Positions 44,004 to 51,862 of a DNA stretch of 64,000 bases are shown one piece after another. A program made the position numbers and the translations under genes. This stretch comes from Candidatus Latescibacterota bacterium (GTDB taxonomy: Bacteria; Latescibacterota; UBA2968; UBA8231). Positions within the stretch are counted from its first letter, which is position 1. The number at the start of each line of letters is the position of its first letter. The stretch spans positions 6,304,001-6,368,000 of the forward strand of contig OZ241867.1 in assembly GCA_965203175.1 (NCBI GenBank), written 5' to 3'. The notes under the pieces are model-generated. The model saw nothing but the letters and a program-made list of their open reading frames with translations, had not been told where the DNA came from and made no database searches.

Positions 44004-46139
44004 TCAGAAATTAAACCTATAGCTCAATTTCGTCAGTAGTATCCGCTCTGGCTCTGTGGTGTCGGCCCGATGTTCGTTATAGGCGAGATATAACCGGCTG
44101 TTATTCGGGCCGAAGGTGTAGCTAAAAAGCAGATTGAGATCGACGGTGTCCCGGTGGAAGCTGCGTTGAAAAAAGCAGCGGATGAACAGATCCCGATGCA
44201 AAAAGTACGTCGTCCTCACCAGCATGGTGCGCTTCACCTCGTCCAGCGCGCCGGAGGGAAAGTACTCCCAGACAGACTCCGTGCTAGAGTCCAAAAAGAA
44301 CCCTTCCCACAGGTCGAACCGCAGCGACCCAGATACGCGGCGTATGTCGCCGAAGTAGTCGTCCGCAAAGTCGTACTGGTCCCGAAATTGACCAATAAGG
44401 CTGAGCCGGTACTTGCGTCCGTTGCCGGTGTCAAAACCGGCACTGAAGGAGTCGCCGTTGTACTTTTTTTGTTGCCATCGCAATTGCCAATTATTGTGGC
44501 TGAAAAACGCCCGCGAGTCGTCCAGCCGCCGTACGTTCACATTGACGTTGCTCCATTGCCATTCCCATCCCTCTTCATTGGTCCGCCGCTTAGCAATAAG
44601 ATTCTGTCCCAAATAGATATTTCTAATACCGAGGAAATCGGGGCGCCAACCGTAGCTTCCATAGAGGCCAAATTCTCGCTCGCCGACATCGGCGTCGTGC
44701 GGAATGAAGCCGATTTGATCCACGTTGAACTTAGGCTCGATCCAAGAGCCCCCAACTCCGTAAGAGAAGCGGTCAGAATTGTGCCTAAAGCTACCGCTGT
44801 ACATTTTGTTGCGGTGGTCCGTGTCTTCACCAAAACTCATGGCCGAATTGAGGAAGAGCTTATCGTTATCGTCCAAGCTCAAGACGAGATCGCTGCCCAC
44901 CGCCTGTTGCCCTAGCGGACCATTTTTCCCGACCGCCAAAGCACCAATAGAAGAATTGACTCCTACATCGCGCTTGAGGCGCAGGACGCCGAAATGCGGA
45001 GGGTTCCCGTTCTCGTCCGATGGGCGGTTCCGCGCTGCGATCATGCCGATGCTGTTCTTGCCGATCTTCCCCGTTATTTTAGCGCCGGCATCCGGATCGC
45101 TAATGCGACGACTGTAGAAGAGATCCATCGCCGTAAAGAGCTGTTGGCCTTCGAGAAAGAAGGGCCTTTTCTCCTCCAAGAAGAGTTCGAATCTCGTCAG
45201 ATTTATCTGGTTCTCGTCGGCTTCTATATGGGCGAAATCCGGGTTGAAGGTAGTGTCTAAGGTGAGATTGGAGGCGATGCTGTATTTCAGATCGAGCCCG
45301 AAATCGCTGGACCAGCCCTCTGTGGACCGACTCCCCACATTGCCGTAGCCTCCGGTTGCATAAGGCAATACCTCTAGGTGAAGTCCCGGTTCGATTTCTT
45401 CAAGTCCATGTAGGTGGCCAGCTTTGGACACTTTTAGGAGGTACCGGTCGTCTCTCGATATAAACGCCCAGTTGCTGTTCTCCGTATAGGTCCGCTCAAT
45501 GCGCTGGACGTTTATTCCCCACGTATGCTGGTCCAATTCGGGGAACCGCAGCGTCTTGAATGGGATGGCGATCTCGGCACTCCAGCCTTGGTCGTGGATA
45601 TGGGTTTCAGCCTGCCAAATGCCGTCCCAACTCTGATCGATTCCGCCCCAGCCCCCGGACCCGTCGTTTTCAACGCGAAAATCGTTCTGGACGCCGTAGG
45701 CGTTTATATAGAATCCGTAGGCATTTTGGTGGTCGTGATAGGTGTCTAAGACGAGACCGACGAGATCCAGTGGGGCAAACCGGCCGTCTCGCTGCATGAT
45801 GCGACTCTTTATGTTGCCGGGCTCTGCATCCATCATATTGAGGCCGATGTACAGATAATCGGCGTCGTAGAGCACGTGTATAAAGGTTTGATTAGTCGCA
45901 GCGACGCCTTCTTCAGGTTCAATCAATATGAACCCCGTCGCCGGCGTAGCCCGCTTCCAGTCTTCATCATCTAGGATGCCGTCTATGGTGGGCCGGAGGT
46001 TAGTCCTGAAGGCCGACACTTCCTTTTCGCTGGGCTTTTCGTGGGCCGGGGCAGACGGCGCGACGACGAGTGCAGCCCCTATCATCAAGAGTAGCCATAG
46101 GTGTGTACGAATGCGCCGAGTCGGATATGCCGTGCTCAT
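44004..46139 (-). CDS. Exported CBM9-like/DUF5916 beta-barrel protein
   Basis: PTIDG.LDDEDW, WSAEIAIPFKTLRF, NPDFAHIEAD, EKRPFFLE, FYSRRI, terminal YRFNF; start set at 46139 after SD AAGGAG. Confidence 0.82.
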   Translation of the reverse strand: MSTAYPTRRIRTHLWLLLMIGAALVVAPSAPAHEKPSEKEVSAFRTNLRPTIDGILDDEDWKRATPATGFILIEPEEGVAATNQTFIHVLYDADYLYIGLNMMDAEPGNIKSRIMQRDGRFAPLDLVGLVLDTYHDHQNAYGFYINAYGVQNDFRVENDGSGGWGGIDQSWDGIWQAETHIHDQGWSAEIAIPFKTLRFPELDQHTWGINVQRIERTYTENSNWAFISRDDRYLLKVSKAGHLHGLEEIEPGLHLEVLPYATGGYGNVGSRSTEGWSSDFGLDLKYSIASNLTLDTTFNPDFAHIEADENQINLTRFELFLEEKRPFFLEGQQLFTAMDLFYSRRISDPDAGAKITGKIGKNSIGMIAARNRPSDENGNPPHFGVLRLKRDVGVNSSIGALAVGKNGPLGQQAVGSDLVLSLDDNDKLFLNSAMSFGEDTDHRNKMYSGSFRHNSDRFSYGVGGSWIEPKFNVDQIGFIPHDADVGEREFGLYGSYGWRPDFLGIRNIYLGQNLIAKRRTNEEGWEWQWSNVNVNVRRLDDSRAFFSHNNWQLRWQQKKYNGDSFSAGFDTGNGRKYRLSLIGQFRDQYDFADDYFGDIRRVSGSLRFDLWEGFFLDSSTESVWEYFPSGALDEVKRTMLVRTTYFLHRDLFIRCFFQRSFHRDTVDLNLLFSYTFGPNNSRLYLAYNEHRADTTEPERILLTKLSYRFNF

Positions 46140-46413
46140 GTATCTCCTTTCAATTGGGCCAAGGTTGCCGAGGGGCTGTCTGTTCCTAGCAGGCAAATTG
46201 CAGAATCCATCTGCCGCCAGACCATGCGATAGGGATTTGTGCCTTCCCAGACTTACAACGGAAGAAATGGTGGTTAACAATGGCAAGCATCTCCCTTTTG
46301 GATCAGCCTGAACACAGTTTTCTCCATTCCGTTCCAAGATCACCCCTATAGTTGCTTCTAGGCGATGAAGGTATCCGAATGGGATAAAATAAGGAGACTT
46401 GATGAATTATCAA

Positions 46414-46438
46414 TAAGTATTTATTTATAAACAACTTA
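46414..46438. promoter_or_regulatory. AT-rich 25-bp motif, IHF-like site (copy 2 of 3)
   Basis: TAAGTATTTATTTATAAACAACTTA. Confidence 0.5.
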
Positions 46439-46452
46439 CATACATACATCCC

Positions 46453-46481
46453 TTGACAAAAGCAAAGACAATCAGTATTTT
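46453..46481 (+). promoter_or_regulatory. sigma70-type promoter
   Basis: TTGACA-17 bp-TATTTT. Confidence 0.65.
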
Positions 46482-46500
46482 ATTTATGGTAATTACAACG

Positions 46501-46535
46501 AAAGGGGGCCCGATTCGATCGGTAGCTCCCTTTTT
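46501..46535 (+). terminator. Rho-independent terminator just downstream of the promoter
   Basis: AAAGGGGGC-CCGAT-TCG-ATCGG-TA-GCTCCC-TTTTT. Confidence 0.7.
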
Positions 46536-46613
46536 GCGGCCTAAAAAAATGTTCAACAGTAAGATGATTTCCGGCGAAGACCTGCTCGGGACCATCGATA
46601 CGGAGCCAATGCA

Positions 46614-48332
46614 ATGAGCGGTGCCCTAGGAATTCTCACCGAACCCAATGTTCAAGTGCCCATGCGCGACGGCGTCCACATGGCAGCGCACGTGTTCCGC
46701 CCCGACGCCGATGGCCGATTTCCCGGAATCCTGCTGCGCACGCCGTACGACCGGCCAAAGTCTGGATTCGAGCGATACGTGCGCGCCGGGTACGCCGTAG
46801 TCTCCATGGACTCGCGCGGCCGCTACGGCTCCGAAGGCGACTGGGTGCCGTTCACCGCAGAGCACACGGGCGACGCCGAGGACGGCTACGACTCCGTGGA
46901 GTGGCTGGCGGCACAGCCCTGGTGCGACGGCAAGGTCGGCACCCTCGGGGCCTCGTATAACGCCTGGATGCAGTGGCAGCTAGCCAAGCTGCGCCCTCCG
47001 CATCTGGTCGCCATGTGCGCGTACACCATCCCACTGGAATTGACCGAAGTCGATTGGCCGGGCGGATTCCGGCCGGGGCGGCGCATCAAGTGGTGGCTCA
47101 CCTCCATGGCACCGGACCTGCGCCGTCGCCACGGACTGCCGCCGCCGCACACGCCAGAGCAAGCGCGGCAGGAGTGGGACAAGCTCGCCGGCGAGGGGCA
47201 CTGGATCGGCTACCTGCCGTGGCTCGACTTCACCCGCCACCTACCGCCGGGACTGGCGGAGTACGCAAAGGATTGGCTCGAGCACCCGAACCGGCGGGCC
47301 TGGAAATTCGACGAGGTACACAAGGAAGTAGCCGTGCCAAACCTCGACTTCAGCGGCTGGTACGATCATTGCAACGGCTCGATGCAGCACCTACAACTCA
47401 TGCAGCGCCACGGTCGCACCGAGAGCGCACGGTCGCAGACGAAGCTCATCGCCGGCCCGTGGAATCACCCGAGCCTCGGTAGCCGCATCGTAGCCGGGTT
47501 CGACTTCGGGCCGCAGGCCGATCTCAACCTGCCAGACCTAATGATCCGCTGGTTCGACCACTGGCTCAAGGGGATCGACAACGGCGTCGATCGCGAGCCA
47601 GCAGTGCGCTACTTCTCAATGGCCGGACGGCAAGGTCAATGGCGCTCGGCCGACACTTGGCCGCCAGCGGACACAACGCCCTGTGAGTACCTGTTGAGCA
47701 GCAATGGCGACGCCAAGTTTGGCGGTTCCGGCCGACTGTCGATCAACGGCGAGTACACCAACGCTGAGGCAGACCACTTCGACTACGATCCCCACAATCC
47801 CGTGCCGACGCTGTGGACGCGGGAGTGGTTCACAGGACCAGCGGACCGACGACGACTGGAGGGGCGCGACGACATCCTCTGCTATCGCTCGGAGCCGCTG
47901 GCTGACGCTGTGGAGATCGCCGGTTATCCAGAAGCCGTGCTCTTCGTCAGTTCGTCGGTACCGGACACGGACTTCTTCGCGCGATTGGTGGACGAGCATC
48001 CGCCCGCAGGCGAGACGGCGAGCGGGCCAGCGCCGGAGATGTGCTACGGCATGGTGCGCGCCCGCCACCGCAACTCCCTCGACGTTGAAGAGCTGCTGAC
48101 GCCCGGAGACGTGGTGGAGCTCCGCATCCGCATGGGACCAACGGCCTGCCGCTTTGAGCCGGGTCACCGCATCCGCCTAGAAATCACGTCTAGCGACTTC
48201 CCCAACCACGACCGCAATCACAACACGGGCAAGAACGACCTAGCCGACACTGAGCTAGTCGTGGCGACCAATGCCGTGCATCACTCGGCAGCGCATCCTT
48301 CGCGGCTCGTGCTACCCGTGTCCGAAGAGTAA
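46614..48332 (+). CDS. CocE/NonD family serine hydrolase
   Basis: MRDGV, RTPY, DSRGRYGSEG, GASY nucleophile, GWYD, GPWNH, C-terminal GHRIRLEITSSDFP. Confidence 0.95.
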   Translation: MSGALGILTEPNVQVPMRDGVHMAAHVFRPDADGRFPGILLRTPYDRPKSGFERYVRAGYAVVSMDSRGRYGSEGDWVPFTAEHTGDAEDGYDSVEWLAAQPWCDGKVGTLGASYNAWMQWQLAKLRPPHLVAMCAYTIPLELTEVDWPGGFRPGRRIKWWLTSMAPDLRRRHGLPPPHTPEQARQEWDKLAGEGHWIGYLPWLDFTRHLPPGLAEYAKDWLEHPNRRAWKFDEVHKEVAVPNLDFSGWYDHCNGSMQHLQLMQRHGRTESARSQTKLIAGPWNHPSLGSRIVAGFDFGPQADLNLPDLMIRWFDHWLKGIDNGVDREPAVRYFSMAGRQGQWRSADTWPPADTTPCEYLLSSNGDAKFGGSGRLSINGEYTNAEADHFDYDPHNPVPTLWTREWFTGPADRRRLEGRDDILCYRSEPLADAVEIAGYPEAVLFVSSSVPDTDFFARLVDEHPPAGETASGPAPEMCYGMVRARHRNSLDVEELLTPGDVVELRIRMGPTACRFEPGHRIRLEITSSDFPNHDRNHNTGKNDLADTELVVATNAVHHSAAHPSRLVLPVSEE

Positions 48333-48337
48333 GCTCC

Positions 48338-49441
48338 CTAGGAAGCCTGCAGCCGCCGCACCCGCGCCGGAGTGTGGTCCTGGGCAATCTCCGAAGAGAG
48401 AATGCCCAACGAACGGTCCGCTAGCGGCAAATCCACGCGGACAAAACCGTCGCGGTGCGATTGGCGTAGGGCAATGGCTATTTCGAGAGCGGCCCGGCCA
48501 TCGTCGCCCGAGCAGCGCGGATCCGATCCCGTCTCAATGGCCTGGATCAGATCCTCTACAATGGTCAGACCCATGCCCTGGATGTGCGTTGGATAGGGAA
48601 AGGGCACGTACGCGGGCACGCCGCGTCCCCTATTGCCACCCGAAGCCGTGCGGATGTACTCCATTTGCGTACAATTGGCTATGGATCGGATGCGGCCCTC
48701 AGTGCCAATGACGTCGATTTCCCAAGCTGCAACCCCAGTAGGAGTAGCGCGGATAAAAGCGCGCACCCCATTGTCAAAGACGAGGTAGCCGTTGCCCTGC
48801 GGGTCGGTCTCGCCCTCGGCCGCAGCGTCCGATTCCATTTCGCCAAAAACCCACTCGACCTGTCCACCGGCCATGTAGCGCACAACGTCGAGGAGGTGGC
48901 TGCCATTGTGCGACAAGCCGCACTGGGCATAGCCGGTCACTTGGAGGATTTGCCCTAGCTCGCCTTTGTCGATGAGGTCGCGGGCCTGACTGAAGAACGG
49001 ATTCCAGCGGCGGGCGCAGTTGATGGCCAAGGCCGTGCCGTGTTGGCGGCAGGCTTCGACCATGGCATCGGCTTCCGCCAAGGTCAGAGCGATAGGCTTT
49101 TCGGCCCATACGGCCTTGACGCCAGCACGGGCACAGTCCTCGACGATCTGCGAGCGAATGCGGGCCGTGGTACAGACGCTGACCAAGTCGAGGTTTTCCC
49201 GCTCCAGCATTTGGCGGTAGTCGCCGTAGAGATGGTCTTGCTCCAGACCCCAGCGGTCGCCGAAAATGGCGCGTTGTTCGTCGTGCGGATCGGCTCCAGC
49301 CACCAGTTCCGTATGGGGCGAAGCGCAGTACGAGGGAGCGTGGCAATAGGGCAGAAAAATGGATCCTCCCTCGCTCATTTCATCGTCGAACGTGCTGCCC
49401 ATGCGGCCCAAGCCGATAACGGCGGCGCGATACGTAGTCAT
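48338..49441 (-). CDS. Gfo/Idh/MocA family oxidoreductase
   Basis: IGLGRMG, EKP, HNGSH; SD GGAGGAG. Confidence 0.9.
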   Translation of the reverse strand: MTTYRAAVIGLGRMGSTFDDEMSEGGSIFLPYCHAPSYCASPHTELVAGADPHDEQRAIFGDRWGLEQDHLYGDYRQMLERENLDLVSVCTTARIRSQIVEDCARAGVKAVWAEKPIALTLAEADAMVEACRQHGTALAINCARRWNPFFSQARDLIDKGELGQILQVTGYAQCGLSHNGSHLLDVVRYMAGGQVEWVFGEMESDAAAEGETDPQGNGYLVFDNGVRAFIRATPTGVAAWEIDVIGTEGRIRSIANCTQMEYIRTASGGNRGRGVPAYVPFPYPTHIQGMGLTIVEDLIQAIETGSDPRCSGDDGRAALEIAIALRQSHRDGFVRVDLPLADRSLGILSSEIAQDHTPARVRRLQAS

Positions 49442-49460
49442 GGTCTCCTCCAGTGTTTGA

Positions 49461-49497
49461 TAGAAGTGGGATTTTACTATCGCGTACTTAGCTCATA
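49461..49497. repeat. 37-bp direct repeat, left copy
   Basis: TAGAAGTGGGATTTTACTATCGCGTACTTAGCTCATA; 36/37 identical to 50346-50382. Confidence 0.97.
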
Positions 49498-50339
49498 CCC
49501 CGGGGCGCTAGGGTCACTTCCCGCAGATAGGCACCGATACCCCGCTGGCGGTCCCACTGCTGCGGGTACCCCAGGGACACCTCTCGGAAAGGCACGCCGT
49601 CAAGCCAATGGGTGTCCCGAATGTGGAGGTGGCCGTACACCACTGCACACGCATTGAAGCGGCGGTGCCAACCTCGGGTCCGGCGGGTCCCACACCACGG
49701 AGTGAATCGGGGAACCCGTGGCAGCACGGCGTGTTGTTCTTCGAGCGGAAAGTGATTGATCAGGACCTTGGGAAGATCCGCAGGATACGACGCGAGCCGA
49801 GTGGCGGTATCCTTGCAGCGTGCAGCGCACCACGATTCCCGATCCGGAAACGGGTCGGGATGCAGCATCACTTCGTCGGCACAGGCGGCGCCGGTTTCCC
49901 GGGCCCATCCAACTACCTCGTCACGCCGGACGTGCCGGGGCCGGAAGCTGTAGTCGTAGAGCAGGAACAGCGGCGCGATCAGAACCGGCCCGGCCCGATG
50001 TTCAACCACCGGGTAGGGATCCTCCGGGGTGATAACACCGTGGGAGCGAGCAATCTGGACGAGCTGCTCGTAGAGCGCGACGCCGCGAAGTCCGTGAGTC
50101 GCGCTGGGAACTGTCCAGAGTTCGTGGTTTCCGGGAACCCAGACGATCCGGCGGAACTTCGGAGTCAGTTGCCGAAAGCACCAGTCAAGCCGCCGCGGAC
50201 CGTCGGTAACGTCTCCCGCTAGGATCAGCCAGTCCTCGGAAAAGGCCGGAAAACTCTCCAGCACTTCGCGATTTTCCGGATGGGAGAGATGCATGTCTGA
50301 CAGCGTCCATAAACGCAAAAGATTACCGTCCTGGGACAA
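49488..50339 (-). CDS. Calcineurin-like metallophosphoesterase, PptH (Rv2795c)-like
   Basis: SDMH, GDV, PGNHE, NHFP, GHLH; subfamily strings LYDYSF, WCGT, EVSLGYP recalled from mycobacterial PptH; TTG start uncertain. Confidence 0.85.
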   Translation of the reverse strand: MSQDGNLLRLWTLSDMHLSHPENREVLESFPAFSEDWLILAGDVTDGPRRLDWCFRQLTPKFRRIVWVPGNHELWTVPSATHGLRGVALYEQLVQIARSHGVITPEDPYPVVEHRAGPVLIAPLFLLYDYSFRPRHVRRDEVVGWARETGAACADEVMLHPDPFPDRESWCAARCKDTATRLASYPADLPKVLINHFPLEEQHAVLPRVPRFTPWCGTRRTRGWHRRFNACAVVYGHLHIRDTHWLDGVPFREVSLGYPQQWDRQRGIGAYLREVTLAPRGMS

Positions 50340-50345
50340 TTTGTC

Positions 50346-50382
50346 TAGAAGTGAGATTTTACTATCGCGTACTTAGCTCATA
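50346..50382. repeat. 37-bp direct repeat, right copy
   Basis: TAGAAGTGAGATTTTACTATCGCGTACTTAGCTCATA; contains the sulfatase stop codon. Confidence 0.97.
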
Positions 50383-51850
50383 GATAGGGATAAGTCGCTT
50401 CTGGATCGTAGTCCGGCAGCAGCGCGTCATGGGGTTGGCCGGGAATTAAGCGCGCGCCATCCACAAAACCTTCCGGTCTACCCTTGAGGAATTCGCTGAG
50501 GCGATCTCGCCAAGGTTGCATTCTAGTCTCAGCGTCGGATTCACGAGACAAGTCGCGCATTTCCTGGGGATCTTCATCCAAGTCGAAAAGGTGTTCTTGG
50601 CCCGTCTGCGAATACCAGATGTATTTGCAGCGCCCATCAGTGACATAGTGATTGCCGTGGGCGCGGGCGTAACAGCCGGCGTGTTCTCCGTGGAGAAATT
50701 CCCTGACGCCGTCGGCATCGCCCTGCATGACGGGCAGGAGGCTTTTGCCCGTGCAGGTATCGGGAATGTCGATGTCAGCCGCAGCGAGAATGGTGGGCAT
50801 GATGTCCTGGATGCCGACGGGACTTTGACAAACGACTTCTTCGGGATAGTTCCAATTCTTTGGCGCACGCATGAAAAACGGAACTCGCGCCGACGCTTCA
50901 TAGGGCCAGGTTTTGCGAAAGAGGTTGTGGTCGCCCAGCATTTCGCCGTGGTCGGAGGTGAAGATAACTAAGCAGTTGTTGAGACCACCAGTAAACTGGA
51001 TGAGGCGGCCGATCTGGTCGTCTATAAAATTGATCATGCCGTAATAAGCCGCGCGACAACAGCGCAGGTCGTGTTCGTTGAGGCGAATTTCCCACCCATT
51101 GGGATTGAGACCTTTTTCGGCACCATCGAATTCGGGAGCCCAATCGCCGACGAAGGGATCGGGCAGACTGCGGTCGATATAGCGATCGTAATAAGGAGCG
51201 GGTGGCGTGAGCGGAGGATGGGGATCGATAAAGGAAACATTGAGAAAAAACGGTGACGAAGGATCGCGTTTGCGCAAAAAATCCATGGCCCGGTCAACGC
51301 ACCAAAAGGTATGCATCTGTTCTTCGGGCAAATGGTGCGGGCGGCCGATCCAGCCGTTGGAGGAAATGCCGTGGGCCATGCCGGGATCTACTTCATTGCG
51401 GCCGTGGTATTGCCGCAGCCATTCGACGTAGTCGTTGTCCGCGCCCCGAGTGGCATCGGCCAGTTGCATGTGGTCAAAGCCGTAGCGCTTGCGATGGGGG
51501 GTTAAGTGGAGTTTGCCAATCATCTCCGTTTGATAACCAGCCTTGGATAGCTCGCCGGCTAAGGTGTGCGGCGGCTGCCACGGAGCGCTCTTGAAGCCAA
51601 CGGCCCCATTGGCCGCCGGTGCCGTACCGGTCATCAAGCTGCGGCGCGCAGGGATGCAACTGGGACATTCGGAGTAGCCGTGGTGAAAGTGCGTGCCCGT
51701 GCGGGCAAGCCAATCTAAGTTGGGCGTTTGCAGACACGAGGGACTGTGGGGATCGAGCCCCATGCAGTCGCCGCGCTGCTGGTCGGTCATGATGAGCAGG
51801 ATATTGGGACGAGTGTCTGAGCAGTCCGACCTCAGTATTGGGGTCGCCAT
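50378..51850 (-). CDS. Formylglycine-dependent sulfatase (S1)
   Basis: PNIL.IMTDQ, CIPAR (CxPxR), GKLH, PHPP, SDHG. Confidence 0.95.
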   Translation of the reverse strand: MATPILRSDCSDTRPNILLIMTDQQRGDCMGLDPHSPSCLQTPNLDWLARTGTHFHHGYSECPSCIPARRSLMTGTAPAANGAVGFKSAPWQPPHTLAGELSKAGYQTEMIGKLHLTPHRKRYGFDHMQLADATRGADNDYVEWLRQYHGRNEVDPGMAHGISSNGWIGRPHHLPEEQMHTFWCVDRAMDFLRKRDPSSPFFLNVSFIDPHPPLTPPAPYYDRYIDRSLPDPFVGDWAPEFDGAEKGLNPNGWEIRLNEHDLRCCRAAYYGMINFIDDQIGRLIQFTGGLNNCLVIFTSDHGEMLGDHNLFRKTWPYEASARVPFFMRAPKNWNYPEEVVCQSPVGIQDIMPTILAAADIDIPDTCTGKSLLPVMQGDADGVREFLHGEHAGCYARAHGNHYVTDGRCKYIWYSQTGQEHLFDLDEDPQEMRDLSRESDAETRMQPWRDRLSEFLKGRPEGFVDGARLIPGQPHDALLPDYDPEATYPYL

Positions 51851-51862
51851 ATCATTCTCCGA

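Noticed and set aside
49461-50382. CRISPR or integron interpretation of the 37-bp repeats
   Set aside because: Only two copies, 848 bp apart; no cas or intI gene; no RYYYAAC/GTTRRRY attC structure.
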